Part shown: positions 36,801 to 46,315 of the stretch, piece by piece
Layout: each line of letters starts with the position of its first letter
Position numbering within the stretch: position 1 is the stretch's first letter
Virus record (IMG/VR): IMGVR_UViG_3300028591_000075
Coordinates: 128,001-192,000 of that record
DNA: 64,000 nucleotides
Reading direction: 5' to 3' (one strand)
From: a virus
Taxonomy: Duplodnaviria; Caudoviricetes
Notes under the pieces: model-generated
Seen by the model: the letters and a program-made list of their open reading frames with translations, nothing else
What the model was told of the DNA's origin: nothing
Databases searched by the model: none
Program-made: the position numbers and the translations under genes

Positions 36801-38432
36801 TATTTCAATGATTTCGCAATACCGCTTGCTGACTTCAATGCACAAGTATCCGCTGAAACCATTGCAAATGGCAACTATGTTATCTTGGGCGATGGTGAAC
36901 TTATCGTATGGGATGATGCAGCCAGCGCTTACAAGCGGGTAACGTTGAGCGGTTCCAGTGACCATATCTATTTTGGCGTTACGGTAACCAATAAGCACCC
37001 GAAGTACGTTCCGTCGCAGAGTATTGTCAGAACAATGTACTATAACAACGATACGTCGAGTACCACAAAATGGCTGCGCACGATTTCTCTTGGTTCCACC
37101 AGGAATTGCCGAGTGAATTCCGGTAAGCTCGTGTACGGCATCGATGTTGGCGGTGGCAACAACTTTGGTTGTCCTGGTCTCGACAGTAACGGCATTCTTT
37201 GTGTGGGGCAGGGAAACCGTGGTATTTATACACAGTTGAAGACAGTTACCATATTAGGTGACCGCAATTCGTTTAATAGTGAGTACATGCCTTATGACGC
37301 TACTGGAGATACACCACTATATCCGTTGGCATCCAATGTTCATGTATTCGGCAGCGACATGTCTTTTGAGTTGGGTTCCAGAGACCCATTTGCGACCCAT
37401 GAGTATAAGGATGCATTAGTTTTCCTCTCTAAGGAATATGATCGTTCGACATTGGGTATATTTGACCACCCGATGGCATACTACTCGCAGCCGAATGACC
37501 AATACCCTGGCCAGTCCTGGGCGATTGCCTATTCCGACCCATCTCATAAGGGGTTCTTCACTATCGACCCAATTCTCTTTGACAACTACAAGAGGGCTTG
37601 GGTGCAGAAAGACAATGTTAATGGTGAGGCTGTGTGGAATGCATACAACTGTCAGGTTGGTACCATTCAGCCATCTACTACACAAGTTACATGGAGTGAG
37701 GTTACTGAGCTTGCCGAAACTCTTGAATCTGAGAGTGACGTATATCGTGGATATGACCTGTATGGTTTCAAGGACCCGTTCAGTGGCATGACCCGCGCCG
37801 AAATTCGCAAGGCTGTTGGTAAACCGAAAGCTCCTATTGTTTACACTGGTGGTATCACGCTTGCCGGCCTACCTCCGAAGAGCGGTGAATCCTATGATAA
37901 GAACTTCGGTCTTATCAAGCTGGGCCACGTTTCCAAGCCGGTTGCCTACATCAATACCTACCCGGTGGATGGTTGGAATACCGGTGGAAATCTCATCTAC
38001 CCGGTGTCCGTCACTGGCACTACGTCATGCCCGTTTGGCGGCATGACACTGGCCATTGACCATACCCAGGAAGCTGATGGCACGATGCACCTGGTTCTTT
38101 CCCGCGGTGGGGGCAGCGGTAGCGGTGGAAACACGTCGTTTACCCGTACTAGCGTATCGCTTTCCGGCGACCTCTTCGAAACGATGAAGGCTGGTCGCGA
38201 ATACAGCGTCAGCGGTACATCTGGTACTACGTTGACTTTCGGTATTGGCACCATGCAGCTTGGTGAAGAAAGTGTCGTGGTTGTCCCGTCATCCGGTCCG
38301 ACTGTAAAGATTTCCGGTCAGACTCTGAACGCGGGAACCACTTACCTGATTCGCCGCACGGCCTATATTGCGTCGGAAGGTTCGACCCCATCAAATGCTG
38401 TCTTGGCTATCCCCTGCCTTGACATCCATTAG
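33882..38432 (+). CDS. Baseplate-attached tail fibre/spike protein
   Basis: LTKAGAELL N-terminus typical of fibre attachment domains; coiled coil; S.VLG/TILG beta-roll repeats. Confidence 0.65.
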   Translation: MKNMRLTKAGAELLGTAHADGETRFWIGYYGLAYVADRENDNIKDAAQSGKLTKNGDYIFNIWQGDMLNGYAQNNPEDTAAASLFGLTLYDKSIRTNYRYVYDPDTGRNRLVAWKSESTGNGENTLERKGAAIYLGTKFADGETTPSELPLPAPLYYGGEPNTNAIVTASENAGNIPVSADYRYYVGTKNAGDFGWVDSGATQDSETVSDDTLLTSISNFNKFHGTVSSEGYGVSSVSSCHNMSKATKLFPISYYNVINDNGKKLAETQYADNSPARKPLATAIKFSIDLSPVTADTGYTALNYEDGGIVEDQAVGESDLYSSKYISFKFNRIGIYAVPMTIHRYSTDSSTDECNMQKVQFEIAGDEEPVLFAIADVNDTIISDNPSAEEGGVAKFSLEFILNLGNGDEETGIEQRTAVYYNLYENDATTWYKNQLLASASISEAVTDLSLEMNALKQHMGEDKECCSQEMDLSRYALKNHTHDYLKNLIDGVNNEGSVRGIYTCEEGDGSDIKAVFGLRENAPAGVQKSCTLDALSEMVDGEVVTIPDSYMYCIGPVDMNAVPSENLLSLEQLKAIMQRKDGILWIVQNLSMNGGWYGPGDTVPNDVDRMYIWVSPTKYARVDRQTDEIVVNEVDPGSTAQYQAITIKDAAVEPLFSVDGYSVGQDSLVLGDNTAAAGKFSLLQGSNTYSDSDYATILGTNKVRCANSEHTTVLGASGLDVKDCSHSILFGSAYPEDKAVKLQKINYSVVGGKFYEDDEVPGFVGGISASLWLAFENGPYKNGASGSVSGSILTGHAYFAQNVTNTVFLRIGENSSKMTFGNSNASLVLGDGYSVYDAGDHDDEIDQNISYNRSIALSTNVHGYYTDSEKNYRKFKGESITAPSLSYSVATGANIRRPVSSSLILASSSLDIGKVSPNSLYNSGDIFCNLIAMTGSRVGTGVYDTILVGGGHVVPDGTNSFIRVGGGMGTTSYFNDFAIPLADFNAQVSAETIANGNYVILGDGELIVWDDAASAYKRVTLSGSSDHIYFGVTVTNKHPKYVPSQSIVRTMYYNNDTSSTTKWLRTISLGSTRNCRVNSGKLVYGIDVGGGNNFGCPGLDSNGILCVGQGNRGIYTQLKTVTILGDRNSFNSEYMPYDATGDTPLYPLASNVHVFGSDMSFELGSRDPFATHEYKDALVFLSKEYDRSTLGIFDHPMAYYSQPNDQYPGQSWAIAYSDPSHKGFFTIDPILFDNYKRAWVQKDNVNGEAVWNAYNCQVGTIQPSTTQVTWSEVTELAETLESESDVYRGYDLYGFKDPFSGMTRAEIRKAVGKPKAPIVYTGGITLAGLPPKSGESYDKNFGLIKLGHVSKPVAYINTYPVDGWNTGGNLIYPVSVTGTTSCPFGGMTLAIDHTQEADGTMHLVLSRGGGSGSGGNTSFTRTSVSLSGDLFETMKAGREYSVSGTSGTTLTFGIGTMQLGEESVVVVPSSGPTVKISGQTLNAGTTYLIRRTAYIASEGSTPSNAVLAIPCLDIH

Positions 38433-39386
38433 CCATTCGGCTCTGGACCTTGAAGAACGACCGGGCACAAGTTGCTCGGCGTTTTTCATATTGCAGTGCC
38501 TGCAGAATGGATGTGGGAGGACAGCAAACAGCAGTATTTCGGCAGCCCGTTCAACATCGTCCAGTTCAATGTAATCAAACTTTCCCGGATGCAAATTGGT
38601 GCCGAATGCATTGTTTAGATAATGTAGGTAAGGTGTTGATGAACAAAGATATACACGTTTCCCAACCAAGGTAAGGCAAGAACTTTCGGCACAGTTCCTC
38701 TTGCCGCTGGTCTCGAAGTCCGGTGTTTCGGATTTCAGCACTTTGTGGAATACTGCGGGTGAGTCTCCAAATCGGACTATCGGGACACCTTCGCTCTGTT
38801 TTATGGCATTCTGGATGGCGTTCCCGTTGCACCGGTATTCGGAATATCCGAACCAGGTTTCGGTTTCTTTCATCGCCGGGAGAAGTTTGTCCTTTCTGAG
38901 GCCGAACAGGAGCATATTTGACACTACGAAGCGCATGGCCCATGGGAAATTGTCATGTACCATGCGTATGATTTCGGGCAGATTGTCGTGGAGGAGGGGT
39001 TCACCACCAAGGATGTTCACCTGGTTTATGGCCGACCGGCATTTTTCACTGAGAAGGGTTACCGATGCTGCGAGGTCGGCCAGGTCTACCGGCTGTGCGT
39101 CATGGGCCAGCGGGGCATAGTGGGAACAACACTCGCATCCGATATTGCACTTGTCGATGATGGGCAGGTCGATTGATATTTTGGAAACCTTGAATGAAAT
39201 GGGGATTGGCGCCGGATGGTCGGGGTACATTTCATCCACGGCCTGACTCAGTATCTCCACAAGGTCCCAGCATGGCCTCAAATCCGGTGATATTTTACAA
39301 AATGCCAGGCATGAAACGAGATATGACAGTTCTTCATCGGTACGGACGACCGCATTTATGTAATCTTTCGGCGAGAAATTCTTCAT
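38391..39386 (-). CDS. Radical SAM protein with C-terminal auxiliary Cys cluster
   Basis: CNIGCECC (CxxxCxxC), GGEPLLH, C....C........Y.C...PFCRHC. Confidence 0.92.
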   Translation of the reverse strand: MKNFSPKDYINAVVRTDEELSYLVSCLAFCKISPDLRPCWDLVEILSQAVDEMYPDHPAPIPISFKVSKISIDLPIIDKCNIGCECCSHYAPLAHDAQPVDLADLAASVTLLSEKCRSAINQVNILGGEPLLHDNLPEIIRMVHDNFPWAMRFVVSNMLLFGLRKDKLLPAMKETETWFGYSEYRCNGNAIQNAIKQSEGVPIVRFGDSPAVFHKVLKSETPDFETSGKRNCAESSCLTLVGKRVYLCSSTPYLHYLNNAFGTNLHPGKFDYIELDDVERAAEILLFAVLPHPFCRHCNMKNAEQLVPGRSSRSRAEWLMDVKAGDSQDSI

Positions 39387-39456
39387 ACCTGGAAACTATT
39401 ATCGAACAATGAAGTAGTTTTCCACCGTAGAACAATTACAACAGAGGTTGTGAATT

Positions 39457-39951
39457 ATGAAAATGACCGTTAAGCGCAAGTATCTCCTGGAACTCCGTAG
39501 CATTCTTGCCAATGCCAACCAGATCTTCGGTGGCACCATCCCGAGCAAGGTCCGCTACGCCTTCTCCGTCAACATGAAGCGTTGCAACGAGGAAGCCAAG
39601 GAAATCGAGGAAGGGTTCCCGAATGATGAAAAGTGGGTGGAATACGAACGCGGTCGTATCAACTTGCTTCATGAAGCCGGTGTAAATTCCAATGCCGACC
39701 TGACGAAGCTCAGTACCGAACAGCTCAATGCACTCGAAGAACGCATCAAGGTGTTTGCCGAACCGTACGAAGACGCCATCAAGGCCCAGGAAGAAATCAA
39801 CAAGGCCCGCACGGAAACCTTGAACGAGGATGTCGAAGTCGAACTCCGTACCATCACTCCTGACGAATTGCCGAACATCATCATCGAAAATGACGATTGG
39901 CAGGTATGGAACGTCCTGTTCAACGATGGCAACGGTATCGTAAGGGAATAA
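39457..39951 (+). CDS. Acidic helical protein, DUF1617-like (possible fibre chaperone)
   Basis: KVRYAFSVN.K....E......YE..R..L...LNEDVEVEL pattern; GAGG SD. Confidence 0.55.
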   Translation: MKMTVKRKYLLELRSILANANQIFGGTIPSKVRYAFSVNMKRCNEEAKEIEEGFPNDEKWVEYERGRINLLHEAGVNSNADLTKLSTEQLNALEERIKVFAEPYEDAIKAQEEINKARTETLNEDVEVELRTITPDELPNIIIENDDWQVWNVLFNDGNGIVRE

Positions 39952-39955
39952 TTCA

Positions 39956-41089
39956 ATGGCAACACTCAGCGCCTGCATAGTTGTCAGGAATGGCAAGGGC
40001 AGCATCATCAAGTGCCTTGATGCCCTGCTTCCCATGGCAAACGAGTATGTCATTGTTGATACCGGTTCCACGGATGGTACCGTGGAACTTGTGAAGCAGT
40101 GGCGTACGAAGCATCAGAACCCCGGCTTCATTGTCGATGAGGTCGGGAGCAAGTTCCATGACGAGGAAGGCATTTTTGACTTCGGTGCCGCAAAGAACTA
40201 TGCCATTTCCCTTGCCCACTGCGACTATGTCATGTGGGTAGATGCCAATGACATCTTGAAGGATGGAAGGGGCGCCCGCAGGGAATTCGAGGCAATTGTC
40301 GCCAAGAATCCCGAGGCAAGCATCGTCATGGATACCAAGGTTTCCAAGACCTTCCAGTTCCCACGAGTTCGCATCATGCGTCGCGGCAAGGCCCATTTTA
40401 CCGGGATGATTCACGAGACGATGGAGGATCCGAACGGTCACACAAACGGTGTCCGGGTCCGCTATGTGTTCGAAAACTACAAGAACACCCGTGATGTTCG
40501 TCGCAACTTGAAAGCCCTCGAAAAGGCATGGAAGCTGGACCGTACCCAGAGGGGTGCTTTCTATCTCGGCAATTCCTACAAGGACATGAAGGACCTTGGG
40601 AAGGCTGCGGAATGGTACGCGGTGGTTGTCGACGAGTTCCCGACGGTTATCAACGAGAACCGTTTCAAGGCTCTTGAAACCATCTGCGAAATCTACCTTA
40701 TCGGGGTCCCGGACCTCGAAGATCTGGCCGCAAGGACTATCCAGATGATTGAGGAGTTCCCTGACCGCCCGGAAGGGTATTTCTACCGCGCCAGGTACCA
40801 GTACATCACCAAGAACTACCACATGGCCAAGAAGTGCCTGTTGCAGGTCATGCGTCTGAACGCAAGCGACAAGACCACCCTGTGGCACAGTCGTAAGATA
40901 TATGACCGGCACTATATCACCAGCCTCATCAACAATGTCGATGTGGCCATCGAAAGGCAGGAAATCTACGATTTGAAGACTGCCGAACCGATGCCGCTGG
41001 AACATGTCGAGGACGGTGGATACATGGGCATGGCTAATTGCGGTCCTATCGGCGGTGGTTTTGGCGGTTTTGGTGGTTTTGCCATCTAG
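39956..41089 (+). CDS. GT2 glycosyltransferase with C-terminal TPR repeats
   Basis: LSACIVVRN, IVDTGSTDGT, DFGAAKNYA, WVDAND, IHE, RNL..L; TPRs FYLGNSY and PDRPEGYFY.A. Confidence 0.92.
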   Translation: MATLSACIVVRNGKGSIIKCLDALLPMANEYVIVDTGSTDGTVELVKQWRTKHQNPGFIVDEVGSKFHDEEGIFDFGAAKNYAISLAHCDYVMWVDANDILKDGRGARREFEAIVAKNPEASIVMDTKVSKTFQFPRVRIMRRGKAHFTGMIHETMEDPNGHTNGVRVRYVFENYKNTRDVRRNLKALEKAWKLDRTQRGAFYLGNSYKDMKDLGKAAEWYAVVVDEFPTVINENRFKALETICEIYLIGVPDLEDLAARTIQMIEEFPDRPEGYFYRARYQYITKNYHMAKKCLLQVMRLNASDKTTLWHSRKIYDRHYITSLINNVDVAIERQEIYDLKTAEPMPLEHVEDGGYMGMANCGPIGGGFGGFGGFAI

Positions 41090-41103
41090 GGGCTCTCAAA
41101 ACA

Positions 41104-41170
41104 TATAAGCTGTAGACCGAGAGTCGAATATGCCCGCATGGAGGTCGGAAGGCTCTCCGGTGGGCATTTT
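41104..41170 (+). promoter_or_regulatory. Late promoter TATAAGCT followed by a structured leader ending in a U-run
   Basis: Promoter 41104-41111; stem 41130-41167 with a GGAA loop, then T-run. Confidence 0.6.
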
Positions 41171-41196
41171 ACTTAGAAATTTAATGGTGGTAATCG

Positions 41197-44100
41197 ATGA
41201 ACGACACGATGTACAAGTTGACCAAGCAGATTGACGCGCTTACATACAATTCCCGCGCAGTGCTTAATGCGCTGGTACGGTCTTGCATCGCGGCTGGCTC
41301 TTCAAATGGGTTCACCGTTAAACGGTACGGGGATGAGCTGACCTTGGATAGGACGGACATCTTCCGCCTCTATGACTTCTATCAGAGTTGGGCAAACGGT
41401 ACCTATGGTTATGACCCGTTTACGTCCGTTCCTGATGAATTTGATGACATTCTTGCCAAGTGCAATGCAAAGTGGAAGGGTGATGAGGAACTGGTTACCA
41501 AGGCCGTCGTGACCCATTCCAAGATCCTGTACCTGGTGTCTACCAACAAGAGCGAGACCGGTTCCGATTATTGGCTCGGCCTTATCCGTGATTCTTCGTC
41601 CCCGAAACTCATTACCAATTCGGCCCCGATTCCCCTGAACCTGAGAACCCCACTATACGATGCCGACCTCTCGACCAAGAGCTTCTCGCAGCATGAGACC
41701 TACCTGTTCCCTAGTGGATACAACAAGATTTCCATTACCGGCATGCCCGGTGATGGTGAAGACCATGTTGGCGGTGGCAAGAGCTGGTTCTGGGATATTG
41801 ACGAATCGTTTGAGGTGACTGCTCCCCGTATCCTCCTTGGGTACCATTCCAACCCGCAGCGCCGTGTGGAGAACTACCGTGGCAAGTACAGCATGAGTTT
41901 CGGTTACGAGACCTATGCCCTCGGCGAACGTTCTGTCGCCCTCGGTGGCCTGGACAATATCGCCTATGGCACTAACAGTGCTGTCATCGGAGGTACCAGG
42001 AACCTCGCCATCGGCACAAATTCCATGGTCGCCTGTGGTTATGTCAATACAACCGTCGGTCCAGACTCGGTCGGCTTCGGCTACATGGTGAATGCCATCG
42101 GACCTTATTCCATGGCCGGCAACCAGCGTGGTAATGCCGGTGATTTTGCGTACGACTTTACCATCGAGGAGCCGGAAACCAACGGCAAGATGGTGGATTG
42201 CGAGGTCATCAAGGACACGAAGACCGGCGTGTGCATGACTACCGATGGTAGTTCCAGCTTCACTTCCGGTGATGGGCGCAATACTGTTAGGATTGCGTAC
42301 TCTACCCTGGTCACAAACGGATTCTGGAGCCTCAACATCGGCATCGGCGATACCGTGGTCATCTTTGCACAGAAGCGCAAGGAAGACGGCAAGGTATATG
42401 CATCTACCGATGAGAACGGATACACGTTTGCCCCGTTGTACTTCAAGGTGACCAATGTCAGCCGTGACAACGGTGACTTCCTGGTTCAACTCAGTGGGGC
42501 CATTCCGAAGGGCGAAACGTTCCTTTCCCTCTGGGAATACGGCGGAAAGATTGCCCGGTACACGAGAACCGTTCGCAACATGAACTACCTCGGTGTGCAG
42601 GGTGAGAACATCACCTACCAGCCGGGCATTGCTTCCAATGCACTGAACTTCAATACGTTTACCCCAGGTTCCAACCAGACCGCTGTCGGTCAGATGAACT
42701 ACGGCGACATCGATGCCAAGTTCATGGTAGGTATCGGTTCGTCCTATGTCGGGAACAAGGCGTTCCGCCGCAACGGTCTTGCCGTTGCACAGGGTTATAG
42801 CTACATGCAGACTGCCGACCAGACCGCCGGTATCGGTGTGAGCTGCGGTCGTGCATTTAGGACTTATGACGCTTGCTTCACGGCACAGGGTGCATGGATG
42901 CGCCACAGTTCCAGTAGTCTGGGCTACACCGGCTATGCCATTGCCAATGACAGCCGCACCGAAATCGGTCTTTACAAGATGGGTACACGTACCGAGGACA
43001 GCCAGTTGACGTTCGTTAGGACTGGTTCCAGCTACCTGTCCGCGAACTACGACGTGACGACCTGTCTGGAAACTCGCGCCGGCACGATGGTCATCTGCGC
43101 CGGTAGCTACACTGGTGCAGCGCATACCTATGACGTTCTCCTGCAGCAGGGCCCGTTGCGTCCTACTGATGGCAACAAGGGCCTTGCAATCTATTCGGAA
43201 GACGGCATGGAGCTCCGTAATACCGATGAACGGTTCACCATGTCCTTCGAGAATAGTGGTTACATCTCGGCGAAGTTCAAGGGATTGTTCCTTTCGGGAA
43301 ATACCTGGGGCGCACTTACTGCGACGGATGATTCCCGTTCGTTCTGGGTGTACCATAACGCCAATAACAACTACAATACTCCGTTCAGTACCAGCGGTCA
43401 CTGTGTTGACTACCCGAACACCATTGCTTACAGTGGTTTCTTCTATGCACAGAACGACTGGAGTGCCGGTAATACTCCGTCCGCTGGCCGCGTGAACCTG
43501 CCTAGCAGGGTAAGGGGTAGCTGGGAAATTCATCAGGGTCGTGGTTTCCACATCATCAACTCCGCAGTTTCTTATGTCAACAGCTCCAACGAGCGTGGCT
43601 TTGATGTGTCTTGCCTTGTTCTTCCGGGCCAGGTCAAGGCTGACGAGGTTAGCGATCCGCCACATCCGAAGTTCATCAACTCGTTCATCTACGGTACGGG
43701 CAACGGCGGTGTCATGCCGCGTGAAACCTATGTCGCGGAAGAACTGGCCTACCTTACTGACGTGGAGAATGCCAAGCCGGCATCGTATGTGTCCTACATC
43801 GCTTCGAGCACGGTTTCGAAGTTCTTCTACCGTTTGCTCGACATGCAGCCGAGTTCTGGTGCGGATATGTTCCCGTTGCCGAGATTCAACAATACCAAAC
43901 CTTGGACCGAAGGCAAGGTATTGTCCGGAACCGCGGCCAACATGGATGAGTATTTCGGTCATCTGAAGGATTCTCCGCAGCCGTTTACCTTGATGCAAGC
44001 ACAGAACGCCAGTGGCATTCCGCATATTCGTGCACCGTATGACCATAACGCTAGTATCGCGATCCATAGGTTTGGGCCGGTTGTCTCGTGCAGCCTGAAT

Positions 44101-44382
44101 CTCAGGTTCCCCGATACTGCTGACAATAAGTATGTTGAATACTTGGTTGTGGCCTCCAATATGCCGGCAGTATCGCTCGGTACTTACGGTAGTATTGTTC
44201 TAAGTGGTTCCGGAACGAATGGTGTATCGGTAACGTGTACCGTGTCGAAGACCATCTCTGCCGAATATAGCATCCTAGACAACAAGTACAATTCGGACAA
44301 CATGTATCAATTCTTGGTAAGGAACCCGAACGGATTGACGAAATGTACCGTGCCGATTACACTCATGGGGGTTATTAGCTAA
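41197..44382 (+). CDS. Tail fibre protein with YadA-like head repeats
   Basis: G..S.A.G...A repeats; QTAVGQ.N.....FMVG.G.....R.NGL.V. Confidence 0.75.
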   Translation: MNDTMYKLTKQIDALTYNSRAVLNALVRSCIAAGSSNGFTVKRYGDELTLDRTDIFRLYDFYQSWANGTYGYDPFTSVPDEFDDILAKCNAKWKGDEELVTKAVVTHSKILYLVSTNKSETGSDYWLGLIRDSSSPKLITNSAPIPLNLRTPLYDADLSTKSFSQHETYLFPSGYNKISITGMPGDGEDHVGGGKSWFWDIDESFEVTAPRILLGYHSNPQRRVENYRGKYSMSFGYETYALGERSVALGGLDNIAYGTNSAVIGGTRNLAIGTNSMVACGYVNTTVGPDSVGFGYMVNAIGPYSMAGNQRGNAGDFAYDFTIEEPETNGKMVDCEVIKDTKTGVCMTTDGSSSFTSGDGRNTVRIAYSTLVTNGFWSLNIGIGDTVVIFAQKRKEDGKVYASTDENGYTFAPLYFKVTNVSRDNGDFLVQLSGAIPKGETFLSLWEYGGKIARYTRTVRNMNYLGVQGENITYQPGIASNALNFNTFTPGSNQTAVGQMNYGDIDAKFMVGIGSSYVGNKAFRRNGLAVAQGYSYMQTADQTAGIGVSCGRAFRTYDACFTAQGAWMRHSSSSLGYTGYAIANDSRTEIGLYKMGTRTEDSQLTFVRTGSSYLSANYDVTTCLETRAGTMVICAGSYTGAAHTYDVLLQQGPLRPTDGNKGLAIYSEDGMELRNTDERFTMSFENSGYISAKFKGLFLSGNTWGALTATDDSRSFWVYHNANNNYNTPFSTSGHCVDYPNTIAYSGFFYAQNDWSAGNTPSAGRVNLPSRVRGSWEIHQGRGFHIINSAVSYVNSSNERGFDVSCLVLPGQVKADEVSDPPHPKFINSFIYGTGNGGVMPRETYVAEELAYLTDVENAKPASYVSYIASSTVSKFFYRLLDMQPSSGADMFPLPRFNNTKPWTEGKVLSGTAANMDEYFGHLKDSPQPFTLMQAQNASGIPHIRAPYDHNASIAIHRFGPVVSCSLNLRFPDTADNKYVEYLVVASNMPAVSLGTYGSIVLSGSGTNGVSVTCTVSKTISAEYSILDNKYNSDNMYQFLVRNPNGLTKCTVPITLMGVIS

Positions 44383-46310
44383 TGGCTACCCAGCAAGTCA
44401 ATATACGGGACATCAACCCGTTGGAACATCTTACGGCTGACCTTGCCAAGGCAAGGTTCAACTACGAATCCATGCTCAATGGTTTGGTCGAGTGGAACAA
44501 CAGCAAGCTGAAGAATGTGACCGTCCGCCTCATGTGCGACACGGACCCTGGCTTCGTTGACTATACGTTCCCTTCAAAACTGGGTTCGGAAAATCTCGGC
44601 ATCAACGTGGCCGACCCGGATTCTACCGAGGATACATATTCGTACACGCAGAGGTACGAAGTGTCCGCGATGGCCTCCGAGGACCCGTTGCTCAATGACC
44701 GTCTCGATATCCGCACCACGGTTACCGAAGGCGCCGATGCCTCCTGGAAACTCTGTGCCGGTGTTGCCATTTACGACGAGGAATACGCACACACGGTTTG
44801 GAGCTACACGGGTGAAACCGATGACGGCCTAGTGATGCACGCCTCTGATGGTGGAAGCGACATGGCCGTGGATGAAATCATTGGGAACATTCTTCTCGAA
44901 GATGGCCCAGATGCTTCCTCCGATTACGTGAAGGGTCAGTTCATCCGCATCACGATTCCAATGTACGGCGTTTCCTATATGCGCTGGGCTAACAAGAACA
45001 TCGTAGCGGGAGATGCAATATCTGACACGAATACCGAAAAGGTATTCAGCCAGTGGACACTTCGCGACATGGCCAAGTACACATCCGAGGATGCGGCCAG
45101 CCATGTTCATGTGATTTACAACCACAAGGTGTATCGTCCGACTGGTACGATTGCCAGGCTGTCCCCGGATAACGAGAACAGCGGTTGGGAATACCTGTGT
45201 GACGAGTTTTATTTGGAAGACGGAGAGACGTTCCCGTTGAAGCACGGGAAGATGTATCTGTATGCGCCAGCCGGCAACTACGAGTATGCCGAACTGTTCA
45301 TCTATAACGGTTCTGACACCTTGTACGGGTACCCTCCGTATGAGCTGGAACTGACAGATAGCGGCATCAACCGTATCTACAATGATGGCTGGGTACATCC
45401 GTCTGTCATTCTGCTCCCGATTACCTCTGACTTCACCAAGACCAATTCCGTCCGCTGGACTGTTCCTACCGATATCGAATCAGTGGTGCTTCTCCGTACC
45501 AGTGACGGTGACCTCAGCAAGATGCCAGAAGTGCGCGTCTTGCCAACGGTTAGGGTAGTTGGTGGCACGACTGAGGATAATGGCGGTCTCTACATTTTCG
45601 ATACGTCGAACTATGCCGAATGGCCTGGAACTACTCCGAAATGGACAATGGGTCATAACTATTACACCGATCCTAATCTCGGCGTGAAGGACACCCAGAA
45701 CTACACCGCCACGATGATTATCGACCATGCCAACCCGAACTGCAAACAGTGCAACATCGTGAACTACGATGGTCCTGACCTTGACCAGGGCCTGGCAATT
45801 TATCTACCGGTTGAGTCTACGGTAGATGGCAAGATTGTGTATCCGAAGAACGGACGCACATTCGAGTTCCTGTTCCGTATATGGCCCAATGCCGCGCTCA
45901 ATGGACATGAGACGGCCGACCTTATCATTAACAAGGCGCAAATTTACGTGTATAGCGTACCTGAGCGAAAGAATATCTCATGTCACGGTGCACCCATTGC
46001 CAAGTTCAGCATGGCACGCCTCACCACGTTCTACGTGTTCTCGGAGAATATTGCAGTTCCCAATCGTCCTGTGCTCTATAAGGCAAAATTCGTCTATTCG
46101 GCTGACGAGAAGGTTTGGAAGACGTATGGATATTATCAGATACCGGACTGCATCTTCCTCTCGCCTGGTGGTTTCGTCGATCCTTCCAAGCGTTCGAATG
46201 ATTCCTACGGGGTGGAGACCGCAGGTTTCCCGCTGGTACAGGACCCGTTCTCCAATTACGATATGTCGCCTGTGATGGTTGACGATGAATTCCGCAACAG
46301 GATAGGATAG
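44382..46310 (+). CDS. Virion structural protein (tail/baseplate associated)
   Basis: Coupled within the fibre operon; acidic and beta-rich. Confidence 0.6.
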   Translation: MATQQVNIRDINPLEHLTADLAKARFNYESMLNGLVEWNNSKLKNVTVRLMCDTDPGFVDYTFPSKLGSENLGINVADPDSTEDTYSYTQRYEVSAMASEDPLLNDRLDIRTTVTEGADASWKLCAGVAIYDEEYAHTVWSYTGETDDGLVMHASDGGSDMAVDEIIGNILLEDGPDASSDYVKGQFIRITIPMYGVSYMRWANKNIVAGDAISDTNTEKVFSQWTLRDMAKYTSEDAASHVHVIYNHKVYRPTGTIARLSPDNENSGWEYLCDEFYLEDGETFPLKHGKMYLYAPAGNYEYAELFIYNGSDTLYGYPPYELELTDSGINRIYNDGWVHPSVILLPITSDFTKTNSVRWTVPTDIESVVLLRTSDGDLSKMPEVRVLPTVRVVGGTTEDNGGLYIFDTSNYAEWPGTTPKWTMGHNYYTDPNLGVKDTQNYTATMIIDHANPNCKQCNIVNYDGPDLDQGLAIYLPVESTVDGKIVYPKNGRTFEFLFRIWPNAALNGHETADLIINKAQIYVYSVPERKNISCHGAPIAKFSMARLTTFYVFSENIAVPNRPVLYKAKFVYSADEKVWKTYGYYQIPDCIFLSPGGFVDPSKRSNDSYGVETAGFPLVQDPFSNYDMSPVMVDDEFRNRIG

Positions 46311-46315
46311 AAACG

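Noticed and set aside
38391-39386. Radical SAM as a RiPP maturase or QueE-type DNA-modification enzyme
   Set aside because: No adjacent precursor peptide and no queC/queD/folE/dpdA in the window; context favours glycan tailoring, though this is unproven
41130-41170. SRP RNA or tRNA-like gene
   Set aside because: The GGAA loop lacks the SRP helix-8 internal loop (CAGG/AGCA) and there is no cloverleaf; kept only as a structured leader
41653-44067. 804-aa minus-strand ORF
   Set aside because: Same shadow effect; equal length to the other is treated as coincidence
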